The notes under the pieces were generated by a model. That model was not told the origin of the DNA and searched no databases. It saw only the letters and a program-made list of their open reading frames with translations. A DNA stretch of 64,000 nucleotides from Cyanobacteria bacterium P01_A01_bin.123 (lineage in GTDB: Bacteria > Cyanobacteriota > Cyanobacteriia > Phormidesmidales > Phormidesmidaceae): contig JBCBZT010000003.1 of NCBI GenBank assembly GCA_039815185.1, positions 128,001 through 192,000 of the forward strand. The letters are read 5' to 3'. Every line of letters begins with the position of its first letter. Position 1 is the first letter of the stretch. This document shows, piece by piece, positions 50,489-60,389 of this stretch. A program made the translations under genes and the position numbers.

Positions 50489-51074
50489 TAGCAACCTCGG
50501 CGGCAGGTGGGCAAAGCGGTAGTGAGGCTACGAGAGCGTTCGATTCAACGTTGGATGAACGGCCTCGACAATTATTGCAAACAGGAGATGTCATCAGGCA
50601 CTAGACTGTGACGGTCATTCTTAAGGGCAGCCACTTATCAACGAGTTGCCTTTAAGTGGGACACTTGCTTGTCAGCTAGAACGTCTATCAAATCAAGGTT
50701 TTGGTATCGGGCATGGGCATGGCTTGGAAGCGCGAAGCAAGGAAAAAAGACCTGCTTTCAGTGAACTGTCACTGTTAACGCTGAGCCACCAACAGTGACT
50801 AGACATGCTTAACGCTCAGTCGCCTAATACGCTTCCTAGAGGATAATGCTAGATGGCAGACCCTGATGGGGGTGACCCTACGGTTAGGTTTGGAGACTGA
50901 TGCTTGAGTTGCTTGACACGTTGATCTCTTCTTAATCTAGCCGAGGAGCTTGCAGGCGTGGGGATTACACCACATAAATTTTAGTTAATTTGCGAAACTC
51001 ATGCAGGGGCATTTTATTGAGCTGGTTTAGTTTAAGGCAATTGTGTTGCACTATCACCATCAGGATTGTGTCTG

Positions 51075-51752
51075 ATGTCTAGTCATCACTCACCCAAGCA
51101 TCGATGGTTTCGCCGCTGGCGAGCATTGTTCTTGCTAGGAGGGCTTGGCGGTTTCGCAGTATGGGTGATCGCGATTTGCATCAGCCTCTATATTGCGGCT
51201 CGATCCCCAGTGGATGGCTTTCTAGTTTTGGGCGGCAGTATTCGTCGTGAAATCTATGTGGCTGAACAGGTGGCCCAATTTCCCGGTGCCAAAGTGTTGA
51301 TCTCGACTGGGTCGGCAGCGCCCTGCATTCGCATTTTATTTGAGCAGGCAACTGCCCCATTAGATCAAGCCTGGTTAGAAAACTGTGCTGACTCCACCTT
51401 TGGTAACTTTTACTATGGTCTTCCCCTGCTGAAGCGATGGGGTGTAAAAAAGGTGCGCCTAGTGACCTCTCCTACCCATTTACCGCGGGCTCAGTGGATG
51501 GCCCAAATCATTTTAGGTGCCCACGGCATTTGGGTTGAACCTGATATCGTTGAGGAAATTGGCATTCCTGGCAACCAAGAAAGCCGATTCAAGACGGCAT
51601 TAGATGTCACTCGGGCCTTGGTTTGGGCTGTGATGAGTCAAGGCTATCGACCCAACTGCGATCGCGTCACGCGTCTGTCCTCTGTTGACCTAGAGGCTTG
51701 GCGTCGCCGAGGCTTTCAATGCGAACACCAGGCGGGCATCGAAGAAGATTGA
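51075..51752 (+). CDS. YdcF / DUF218 family protein
   Basis: LVLGGS, E.CADSTFGN, LVTS..HLPRA. Confidence 0.85.
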   Translation: MSSHHSPKHRWFRRWRALFLLGGLGGFAVWVIAICISLYIAARSPVDGFLVLGGSIRREIYVAEQVAQFPGAKVLISTGSAAPCIRILFEQATAPLDQAWLENCADSTFGNFYYGLPLLKRWGVKKVRLVTSPTHLPRAQWMAQIILGAHGIWVEPDIVEEIGIPGNQESRFKTALDVTRALVWAVMSQGYRPNCDRVTRLSSVDLEAWRRRGFQCEHQAGIEED

Positions 51753-51967
51753 GTCTATCCCAGTAAGACTCGGTTGTAAATTATCAGAGCTAAGCTAACG
51801 GTAGTCATCACAGAAACAGCAATCACTATATTTTCCATGGTCAACACCGGGTATGACGTCAACGTTGACCATTGTCGTGATTCTCTATGGGGTCCATCAG
51901 AGCAAGATTACGCAATTCTACAGTTGTAATATTCCGTAATCAGTAGTTATACGTATTAGCGGCGTGT

Positions 51968-52618
51968 TCAGCTAGGTTTGCGTTTGATCCAAATGCCATG
52001 GAGTCCTGCCGCTTTTGCCCCCTGATAATCTTGCTCACGACTGTCGCCAATGTGCCAAGCTTCGGCTGGGCGACAGTTGTGTTTTGCTAAGGCCGCGTTA
52101 AAGATGCGGCTATCGGGTTTTGCGGCTCCGACTTCGGTAGAGAAGGTCACTGAGCTAAAAAAACGCTTCAAATCCAGGGCATCAAGCACAGCATTAAGTC
52201 GCGAGTCAAAGTTCGACACCACGCCCAGGGGAGTGCCTTGGTGATGCCAATGCTCCAAAATTTTTAAGGTGTCGGGATACACTTGCCAGGGATCAGCTTT
52301 AGCAAAATAGGCGTAAACATCGGCAAAGAAGCGATCAAAGTCCGCAAATTGGGGCAACACCCCAGCGGCATCAAAGGTTTGCCGTGCGATGGTATGCCAC
52401 CAACGGTATTCATGGGCTGGAACCTGGGTTCGCTCAACCTTAGGAAAGGCCATGGGGGGAGCAGCCCTGAAGTGCTTGAGAAAGGCTTTGTCGAGGATCC
52501 CTGCATTCACATCGACGTTAGCAGTTTGGGCTAAATCACGATAAATTTGGCCAACACTGCTGCGTACCCCAAACACCGTACCAACGGCATCGAGAAAGAT
52601 GACTTTGGGATAATCCAT
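51968..52618 (-). CDS. HAD-IA hydrolase (REG-2-like)
   Basis: FLDAVGT, VSNFDSRL, KPD..IF, HIGDS...DY.GA. Confidence 0.9.
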   Translation of the reverse strand: MDYPKVIFLDAVGTVFGVRSSVGQIYRDLAQTANVDVNAGILDKAFLKHFRAAPPMAFPKVERTQVPAHEYRWWHTIARQTFDAAGVLPQFADFDRFFADVYAYFAKADPWQVYPDTLKILEHWHHQGTPLGVVSNFDSRLNAVLDALDLKRFFSSVTFSTEVGAAKPDSRIFNAALAKHNCRPAEAWHIGDSREQDYQGAKAAGLHGIWIKRKPS

Positions 52619-52623
52619 AGGGG

Positions 52624-53826
52624 TTACAGTGATAGCAAATCACGAATGGGTTGGCCAATCCAGTTCAGACCCACTCGAATTTGATGGTCTAGCGTGGGCA
52701 TGCGGTAGAGATAGGCCAGTCGCCGCGCCACATGGGCAGGAATGCCATCTAGCTGAATGCCTAGCCCAGTTAGAGTGGCGTTGTTGGTGCCCAGGGTCAT
52801 CATTTCGCCCAAGTGATTGTAGCGGAAGGGCAGCAGCGGGCGTCCCGTGAGGGAGGCCCAAATATTCCAAGCCACGTAGTCGGCTTGCTGGATGGCGACT
52901 TGGGCGGTACCAGGCATTTGCTGACCGCCGGCGTCCTTGCAGTCGGCTAAATCACCCAATGCAAAGAGGGTTTCATGGTCTGTCACTTGCAGGGTGGGTT
53001 CGACGCTGATCTGCTGTCGCTGATTTTGTTTGAGGCCCAGGGTTTGCACGACTGGTGCAACCTGAGTGCCAACAGTCCACAGCACTACATCTACCGGGAT
53101 CTTATCGACTTGATCGCGATAGTGCAGGGCAAGGGTATCGGCAGTGATGGACTCGACCGTTGTCGCTAAATCAAGCCAGACATCCCGGTCTGAGAGCGCC
53201 TGCTGGGCTGCCTTGCGATTGAATTCAGAAGAGGTCTGCAAAATTTCTTCTGACCGTTCGATAATCCGGATCCGCCCGCGATCGCCCAACCGATCCGCCA
53301 GCTTACAGGCCAGCTCAATGCCGCTGTAGCCGCCACCGACAACAGCGACGCGAATCTTATCGGTGTCACTGCTTTCCAGTGTGCGGAGGCATTCTCCCAG
53401 GCGATAGGCGTCTTCGATGGTGCGAAAAGGAATGGCATGTTCAGCCGCGCCAGGCACCAAATCCATGGGGGTTTCCCCCCCCATGGCCAGCACTAAGCGA
53501 TCGTAGGTCAGGGTGGCTCCGTCACTGAGGGTGACCTGGCAATCGCTGAGATTTAGCCGCTCTATGTCCGCTTGGTGAAATCGCACTGTGGTGGTCGCCA
53601 ACAGTTCTTCGTAGGGTGGGGCAATTTCCCAGGTTTGCAGTTCTCCGGTCAACAGCTCATACAGCAGGGGAGAAAACAAAAACCGATCGCGCTGATCAAC
53701 CAGCACAATATCGGGTTGAGGGTTACCCCAAGGTAACTTACTGAGGGCGAGGGCTGTATAGAGCCCCCCGAAGCCACCGCCCAGAATAGAAATTTGAGGT
53801 GCTGATTGGGTCGTTGATGGGGTCAT
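52624..53826 (-). CDS. Type II NAD(P)H dehydrogenase (NdbB-like)
   Basis: GGGFGG, FSPLLYEL, VVGGGYSGIE, ALGD, TAQVA.QQ. Confidence 0.9.
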   Translation of the reverse strand: MTPSTTQSAPQISILGGGFGGLYTALALSKLPWGNPQPDIVLVDQRDRFLFSPLLYELLTGELQTWEIAPPYEELLATTTVRFHQADIERLNLSDCQVTLSDGATLTYDRLVLAMGGETPMDLVPGAAEHAIPFRTIEDAYRLGECLRTLESSDTDKIRVAVVGGGYSGIELACKLADRLGDRGRIRIIERSEEILQTSSEFNRKAAQQALSDRDVWLDLATTVESITADTLALHYRDQVDKIPVDVVLWTVGTQVAPVVQTLGLKQNQRQQISVEPTLQVTDHETLFALGDLADCKDAGGQQMPGTAQVAIQQADYVAWNIWASLTGRPLLPFRYNHLGEMMTLGTNNATLTGLGIQLDGIPAHVARRLAYLYRMPTLDHQIRVGLNWIGQPIRDLLSL

Positions 53827-53869
53827 GGTGTGAAGGGAAACCCTTATATTTTCCCCTTCAGGATAACAA

Positions 53870-55822
53870 CTACTGGCGTTTTTCCCGGTTGGGCCGACTC
53901 TCTTGCCAAGCATTACCAATCCCTTGCAAAATGCCTCGTCCCACTAATCCAATACCTCGCCCCACCACCTCTGTCAGAACATAGACGATGCCGTTGCCCA
54001 GGAGGGCGATCAGGGTTTGCAATCGGGGCGCGATCGCATCCCGAGCTTCTAAGGCTAATGTCAAGCCATACTGTAAGCCCGAGAGGGTCTCGAGCTCTTG
54101 GCGACGGGGGGCATAGATGTAGCATGTATTGACGCCCTGATCGCTTAGGGTCAACAACCGATATTGGCTTTCAAAGATAGCTTTGGGATGGTATACCGCA
54201 TCGTCCCAACGGTAGCGCCAAGATAAGTTATTGCGAAACCGCTCGATCTCACGGGTTGACATGACTTGGCGATTGTAGAATCGCTTTTTAAAGGCTTCCA
54301 CATCAGCAAAATGGTTGAGTAGGGGTTGCAGCACGCTGCAGGCCACTTGAATCAGCAGATTTTCTAGGAGACGCTGGCTGTGAATCAGCGCTTCGTAGCT
54401 GGTGGCGGCTTGCAAGGCCCCATCTACCGCTAACGGTTCTGCAAACAGCAGATGGCCTAGCAGGGAAGGCACCAGCGGAATCCGGCTGAGCATAGTTTGT
54501 TCAACGATCGCGGCATCTGCCAGCAGGGTTTTAACCACGGCTTGTTCAATGCCGTCGAGCTGCAAGGTGTAATATTTGCCAAAAAAGTCGTTGGTCACTG
54601 CTTGCCACAAATCCACCAGCACCCCAAGCGTTTGATCGTTAAGTTGTCCGGGCTGCACTTGGGAGTGTCGCAGTTCGTTCAACTGCGCTTCTAGCTGACG
54701 CAAAGTGACATAAAGCAGTTCGCGTTTCTTATCTGTCCGTAAAATATCAATCTCCAAAGGAATAGCTGTAGGATTTTCTAGGCTATGTTGAAGCTTGCGA
54801 AAAACCGCATCGAATACTAAGGCTTGAATATCACTAGGGCCTGCATTGAGCACAGCCGAGGGATTAGTGACCAACCTCCCATCGACGCCCCTAGAGGCGG
54901 GCCCAGCAATTGACCCAGAAACTGGCATAAGCGTGGGACTGGCTGAGTCGATCGCCAGAGACTCATGCCCCCCAGCTTCCTCTACCGTTTCTTCCCCAGC
55001 CTCCCTTCCCGAGCGGGGGTCAGGGGTTGCGAGCAGCCGTTGGGTTAGCCATCGTGCTGCTCGCAGTTCTCGCCGTCGCCCAGTCAGCACAATCCAAGCG
55101 AAGAGTGATAAGTTCGTTTCCAGTTCAGCGTTGACTGCATTAATGACAGTATCAATTTGCTGGACTCCTACCTGGCGCATCTGGCGCCGTAATGCGGTCC
55201 AAAGTCCAGGAGATTGGGCGGAGGCCACCGCTGCTGCTGGGTCTAAAGATTGGGTGGGCAATGCCCCCATCGATTGGGCAATCGTTTGGCGAACTAACTG
55301 AACCAGTTGCGCCACAGGCATTCCCCGAGCCCCAAAGGCAGTCGCCCCGGCGCTCAAGGCCGCCTCGCGCAAAACTGGCGCAACTTCGGTGCTCAACACC
55401 AATAGGGGCAAGGGGGGGAATTCTACCCGCATTTGCTGGCAAAGCTGTAAACCCAGAATTTGACTACTGTCCTGTTGCCCTAGGCCAATGTCAATGATCA
55501 CTAAATCAATTTTGAGGGCGGCAGTCGCCACAGGCGTTGTCGTTGGGGATTGCCTGGCTTCAGGTTGGTCCGTCATCGCCTGGGGTGGTTCAGATGCAGC
55601 GCCTTCAGCGATAGCCTCACTAGCAGTTCCAGGGGTTTCAGAAGATTCCGTGCTGGGCGAGTTTGCGGATTGATGGCGGCGTAAAGTCTCTAAGGCTTCC
55701 CCTCCGGTGGACGCTTCAGCGACAACCACAAAATCGACAAATTGCTCAAGCCAAATACGTAGTCCTAATCGAAAGACTGGATCTTCGTCCACCAACATGA
55801 GTTGAAAGGGGCGATCGCGCAT
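53870..55822 (-). CDS. Ycf55 / DUF3685 protein with N-terminal receiver-like domain
   Basis: LVDEDPVFRLGLR receiver start; STREIERFRN.LSW.Y, LE.RDAIAPR, GRGIGLVGRGILQGIG. Confidence 0.85.
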   Translation of the reverse strand: MRDRPFQLMLVDEDPVFRLGLRIWLEQFVDFVVVAEASTGGEALETLRRHQSANSPSTESSETPGTASEAIAEGAASEPPQAMTDQPEARQSPTTTPVATAALKIDLVIIDIGLGQQDSSQILGLQLCQQMRVEFPPLPLLVLSTEVAPVLREAALSAGATAFGARGMPVAQLVQLVRQTIAQSMGALPTQSLDPAAAVASAQSPGLWTALRRQMRQVGVQQIDTVINAVNAELETNLSLFAWIVLTGRRRELRAARWLTQRLLATPDPRSGREAGEETVEEAGGHESLAIDSASPTLMPVSGSIAGPASRGVDGRLVTNPSAVLNAGPSDIQALVFDAVFRKLQHSLENPTAIPLEIDILRTDKKRELLYVTLRQLEAQLNELRHSQVQPGQLNDQTLGVLVDLWQAVTNDFFGKYYTLQLDGIEQAVVKTLLADAAIVEQTMLSRIPLVPSLLGHLLFAEPLAVDGALQAATSYEALIHSQRLLENLLIQVACSVLQPLLNHFADVEAFKKRFYNRQVMSTREIERFRNNLSWRYRWDDAVYHPKAIFESQYRLLTLSDQGVNTCYIYAPRRQELETLSGLQYGLTLALEARDAIAPRLQTLIALLGNGIVYVLTEVVGRGIGLVGRGILQGIGNAWQESRPNREKRQ

Positions 55823-55842
55823 AGATCCTACAGGTGCCCCCC

Positions 55843-57678
55843 TCAGTTGGATTCAGAACCGCTGGTGTCCTCAGCATTGTCACCGCTGTCATTGCTGTCA
55901 TCGCTGCCATTGCTATCAGTGTCGCCACGAATAGACCAGATGTAGGCTCGTTCCGCTTTCCAGAGGGCGATCGCGCTCTGCGCTTCCCCATACAACACAC
56001 GCCCGGGCCCAATTTGACTCGCCGTATTGATGGCTCGGGTGAAACTGCCTTGATAGGCCAAGTCTTTTGCTCTGGCCAAAATGGGGCCATCTTCTGCAAC
56101 TTGAATCCGAGCCGTCCAGTCACCAATGGCAGATTGAGCCTGATCGTATAGTGCCCGATCCGCGCTAATTTGCTGGGCCACTTGAATTGCGTCCCATAGT
56201 TTGCCTTCACTAGCGAGGTCATTGGCTTGCTTTAAGATGGGTTGGTCTTCAATGATTTGAATATTGGCGCGCCATTCCGCAATCCAACTTTGGGCTTCAA
56301 TTCGCAGTGCCCGCTCTGGCTCGACCTTGCTTGCTTCTGCGATCGCCTGTTGCAGTGCTTCAACAGTGCTGGTCTGGGCCAATTGCTTTGCCCGTCGTAG
56401 ATAAGGCCGATCTTGAATCCGCTCCATTTGCTGCTGCCAATGGGCTATTAGGGTTTGGGCTTGTTGCCGACCGGGACGTTTGACATCAACCTGCACCGCT
56501 TGGGCAATGGCAAACTCGTAGGCGGAGGGTTGTCCCAGATTGGCCACAAAGGTAGCGGCCTGCAAACGCAGTAGGTCTTGGAGCCGTATCCGCCAGTCTG
56601 CTAAGTGGACTTGGGCCTGCTCATAGAGTGGGCTGTCGGACGTAATTTGCTCTACACCCTTGATGGCTTCCATCAGCTTTAAGACATCTGTTGCCTTAGG
56701 TTCCCATACTGATAGGGAGTCAGCCAGCTTTCTGGCGTGGCTCAACTGCAATAAATCCTTAGCATCAGGGGCCAATGTTAGATCAGCCGGAACTGCTTGA
56801 ACAATCGTGACCGCCTGGTCTAAATCACCAAGCTCCCAGAGTTGAAAGGCATAGGATAAGACCTTTTGACTCCAGCGATCGATGTTGATCTGGGCCGAGG
56901 GCCACGCTTGACTGCTCATGTCAATCGTTTGAGCTAATTCCAGCGCTTGCAACCAGTCGTTGAGGCGATCAGATGCCCCCAGAGATCGAGCGGTTTCCAG
57001 CTGTGCCCAAGCCTGTTGTTCCACGCTAATTTGCTGCTGCAAAGCCTGAAACTGTTGCCTCACCCAATAATCAGTGTAAAACCCCTGCAAGGCTTGGCTC
57101 AGGTCAATGGCATCTTGCCAGTTACGATTATTAATCGCGGATGTAACCTGCTGGGTCACCTGAGTCCCCGTTTCCCACTCTTGGTTCCAAATCTCCACCG
57201 AGCCCTGGGCCTGCTCATAAACCGTAGCCTGGGGGGGAATATGCTGCACCATTTCAATGGCTTCATCCAACTGTCCCTGGTGAACGCGAGTGCGAGCGAT
57301 GGTCAACAGTTCTTCAGACCACTGCTGCAGTAAAGGGTCAGCATCTCGATGCAGAGTATGGCCAATGGACCAGTCGCTGACTAAATCAAGCCCTGCCATG
57401 AGATGGTCTGGAGCCCTCGAAGCGGCTTTAGTCTTGGCACACAGCAAGCGATCGCTATCGGCGCTAAACCGATGAATTTGTCCGCAGTTTGGGAACGGGG
57501 GAATTTCGGTCAACAGCGCGATCGCCCAAATGCCTAACCCGCTAGAACCCAACAGCAAGGCAAACCACAGCAGGGGCCAAATCCAACTTAGGATACCTGC
57601 CCAGCCCCCGGGGCGAATCACAACACTGATGGGTTGGGGTTCAGCAGAAGACGGCGATGTCATGGAAGCCTCAAGCAT
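55843..57678 (-). CDS. Conserved cyanobacterial membrane-anchored helical-repeat protein
   Basis: TM, P..PNC..SDRLLCA, repeated A..I...R.LY..AQ..I..W. Confidence 0.8.
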   Translation of the reverse strand: MLEASMTSPSSAEPQPISVVIRPGGWAGILSWIWPLLWFALLLGSSGLGIWAIALLTEIPPFPNCGQIHRFSADSDRLLCAKTKAASRAPDHLMAGLDLVSDWSIGHTLHRDADPLLQQWSEELLTIARTRVHQGQLDEAIEMVQHIPPQATVYEQAQGSVEIWNQEWETGTQVTQQVTSAINNRNWQDAIDLSQALQGFYTDYWVRQQFQALQQQISVEQQAWAQLETARSLGASDRLNDWLQALELAQTIDMSSQAWPSAQINIDRWSQKVLSYAFQLWELGDLDQAVTIVQAVPADLTLAPDAKDLLQLSHARKLADSLSVWEPKATDVLKLMEAIKGVEQITSDSPLYEQAQVHLADWRIRLQDLLRLQAATFVANLGQPSAYEFAIAQAVQVDVKRPGRQQAQTLIAHWQQQMERIQDRPYLRRAKQLAQTSTVEALQQAIAEASKVEPERALRIEAQSWIAEWRANIQIIEDQPILKQANDLASEGKLWDAIQVAQQISADRALYDQAQSAIGDWTARIQVAEDGPILARAKDLAYQGSFTRAINTASQIGPGRVLYGEAQSAIALWKAERAYIWSIRGDTDSNGSDDSNDSGDNAEDTSGSESN

Positions 57679-57864
57679 GCGGTCACCTGGCCCATAGACC
57701 AGAATTCCCTGTCATTGTAGGAGCAAATTCCTAACCTGAACGGTCAGTTTAGGTGAAAATTGAAATCAGAGTTGTGTTTACTTGAGTCGCATCCAGCTCA
57801 GGCTGTGGCGTTTTCTCGTCAGCAAAACTCCAGTTCTGGATGTGGCAACAGTTTAGGTCAAAAA

Positions 57865-57938
57865 CGGGCCCTACAGGATTCGAACCTGTGACCTACCGAT
57901 TAGAAGTCGGTTGTTCTATCCAACTGAACTAAGGGCCC
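57865..57938 (-). tRNA. tRNA-Arg(TCT)
   Basis: Reverse complement GGGCCCTTAGTTCAGTTGGATAGAACAACCGACTTCTAATCGGTAGGTCACAGGTTCGAATCCTGTAGGGCCCG. Confidence 0.97.
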
Positions 57939-58333
57939 CCACGACAGTTCAAGACGTCTATAAGGCTTTTAGAATAACATTCTATCGCTTGATTCCAGGG
58001 GAACGGGGGTACCCTAAAGTTGGCTTCAAAAGTGGGGCCATGTAATACGTTTAGTGCTAAGCTGATGCCCGCTTCCTGGGAACCTCTGGCACTACATATG
58101 TTAGAAAGCTGCTGGGTTGGTTAAAATCATGCCTGACTAAAGTTAAGGTATAAATGCGCCTTGTCAAACAGCTCCCTGGGTAGGTTTATGTCTATCTTGG
58201 TGCCTACCAGCTAAAATCAAGCCACTTTGCTTGATTTGATTTGTTTGAGGGAAGTGTTGAGCTTTCCCTATTCACCCAGCGCAAAGGATATCGTGTCATC
58301 CACGACCCTGATTAGGAGTGAATTGGCAGCCCC

Positions 58334-59014
58334 ATGTTTATTTTGAAACGACAGGATGTGGACATTAAAAATGTTCAGCATCCTTCTAAAGATCAAAAAA
58401 TCCCAATCCTCGCTTACCAGGAGCAGACTTTTCGCCTGCTGAGTGTGTTTAATGCCGCACAGCATGAAGAGGCCATGGCACTTTGGCGTGATCTGACTGA
58501 CAACAAAGGGAAAGCCTGCGTATTGCTCGAGGAACCCGAACGGTTTAGCGTTTGGGGCAAGGTTCGACTTGATCAAATTGGGGCTGCTGGAGAGGGCGAC
58601 GATCATGCCCCCACCGGGCCTACTGCATCTCAAGCATTTGTGAAGGCGTGCTTGCTGTTGTTACAAGCACTGTATATTGACGTCGAAGATTTACTCGGTG
58701 ATAAGCAAGCCAGCTTATTTGCCAAAGACATTTCGGGGACGTTTGAACAGTGGCAGTTTCCTCAGACTAAAACCCCCAAGGCTGTGGAGACCCTGTTGAC
58801 AGTTGATCCCCTGGCGATGGCTCATATTCCAGCTTGGCAAGAACGCCATCTGACGATCCTGCTGCAAGAGCTGCACCGCCTAGGTAAAAACTATTTTGGC
58901 AACGCCAATTTTGCAGAGCGGGCGTTAGATGCACTGGAAGATTTGCCAGAAGGCGATCGCCAACAGTTTGTCGTCTGGCTAGGGCAAACCCCTAGTGGTC
59001 AGCTGTGGCAATAG
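58334..59014 (+). CDS. Npun_F0813-like conserved cyanobacterial protein
   Basis: MFILKRQDV..QHP..PIL.YQ.QTFRL..WRDLTDNKGKACVLLEEP.RFSVWG. Confidence 0.75.
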   Translation: MFILKRQDVDIKNVQHPSKDQKIPILAYQEQTFRLLSVFNAAQHEEAMALWRDLTDNKGKACVLLEEPERFSVWGKVRLDQIGAAGEGDDHAPTGPTASQAFVKACLLLLQALYIDVEDLLGDKQASLFAKDISGTFEQWQFPQTKTPKAVETLLTVDPLAMAHIPAWQERHLTILLQELHRLGKNYFGNANFAERALDALEDLPEGDRQQFVVWLGQTPSGQLWQ

Positions 59015-59278
59015 ATCTGCAAAGCCTTGACCTGGATTGCCAGGCGTGAATCCACCGTTGATTCATCGCGTTAAGGCGCGATCGCGGCGCCATAGCTTTA
59101 AGATTTTTTGATATTTTGTCCTCACCCGTTATCTTGCTCGGTTCCTGGCGCACAATAGACTCGCTAAAAGCGTGTGTTAACAAAGCCTTAACAAAGGCGT
59201 ATTCTTAATAAACGCCCTTGGTTAACTGTCATTGATTGATGTGGCCAGCTTTGTCAGGTTGCATGTTGTTCTCTCAAC

Positions 59279-60313
59279 GTGAGGTGTATTGCCTTGAGTA
59301 GTTCGTCCTCAGGGAAGTCGATCCTTTCTACCCGAAAACTCATTTTATTTTGCATCGCCTGGGCAGTATTCTCCCTGGTCTTTTTCTTGCTCTTTAGTGT
59401 GCCGTCGCCAGGGCAGAGCCTACCTGATTGGTACTTTCTGGGGATTACCTTCCTCGAAACGGGAGCCTTTGCAATCGCCTGTGCACTTTGTCTGCGTAAC
59501 TGGAAAAGCGCACAGATTGTCAGTGGTCGTGGTGTTTGGCTGGCCATCGGGCTAGGGCTGTTGTCCTATACCTTGGGCAATGTGCTCTTTTTCTTCTGGG
59601 GTAATGTTTGGGGACTTGACCCAGCGGTTTCCCTGGGGGATTTCTTTTACATCATCAGCTACCTATTTCTGGCATGGGGGATGTTGCAGGCAGTCCTGCC
59701 CCGTCGGCTTAACCTTGAGATTAGCCAATGGTTCATCATTGCTGGCGTGGGGCTTGGGGGGGTTGCCTTGGCGGTCTTCTTAACCTATTTTGCCTCCGTT
59801 GAAACGGCAATGATACCGGGGATCAATCAGCCAGCCTATGCTCAAGAATCGGTTCCCGTGGACTCGGTTCCGTTGGAAACAGAGGAGGTTCCCATATCAC
59901 CGCCTGAGGTTGTGCCTGGAATTGCGGATGAGGAGATTGTGGATGAGGAAGACGCCAGTAATGCTCCTGGTGTGATCGTTTTTCTAGATCAGGTTCTCAG
60001 CCCATTGGAAGATGTGGCTGGTATTCTTTATCTGATTGGAGACTGTGTGCTGGTGATTATTGCCACAACCCTGCTGGTGGCATTTTGGGGGGGGCGATTC
60101 TCCCAGTCATGGAAGTTGATCGCGATCGCGGCGTTTTGCCTTTACATTGCCGATATGTTTTTTGCCTACAATGTCGGTCTAGATACCTACGAAGAAGGTC
60201 GGCTTTGGGAGGTCTTTTGGACTTTCTCTGCAATTTTCTTTGCCCTTGGGGCGGCAGTCGAATACGAAATTTCTACCAAATCACGCCGCACATCCCGTCG
60301 CAGAAGGAGTTAG
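59279..60313 (+). CDS. Multi-pass membrane protein with acidic loop
   Basis: About 8 hydrophobic segments; AFWGGRFSQSW; start uncertain. Confidence 0.8.
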   Translation: MRCIALSSSSSGKSILSTRKLILFCIAWAVFSLVFFLLFSVPSPGQSLPDWYFLGITFLETGAFAIACALCLRNWKSAQIVSGRGVWLAIGLGLLSYTLGNVLFFFWGNVWGLDPAVSLGDFFYIISYLFLAWGMLQAVLPRRLNLEISQWFIIAGVGLGGVALAVFLTYFASVETAMIPGINQPAYAQESVPVDSVPLETEEVPISPPEVVPGIADEEIVDEEDASNAPGVIVFLDQVLSPLEDVAGILYLIGDCVLVIIATTLLVAFWGGRFSQSWKLIAIAAFCLYIADMFFAYNVGLDTYEEGRLWEVFWTFSAIFFALGAAVEYEISTKSRRTSRRRRS

Positions 60314-60389
60314 GTTAGAGGGGAGGGTTCTGGCGCGGCAAGGCTGCTTGAAATACTCCAGTTCATATCGTTTTCGGGTTCCCGGTAGC

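Noticed and set aside
57865..57938. tRNA-Arg as an island attachment site
   Set aside because: No integrase or att repeat; flanks are conserved cyanobacterial genes
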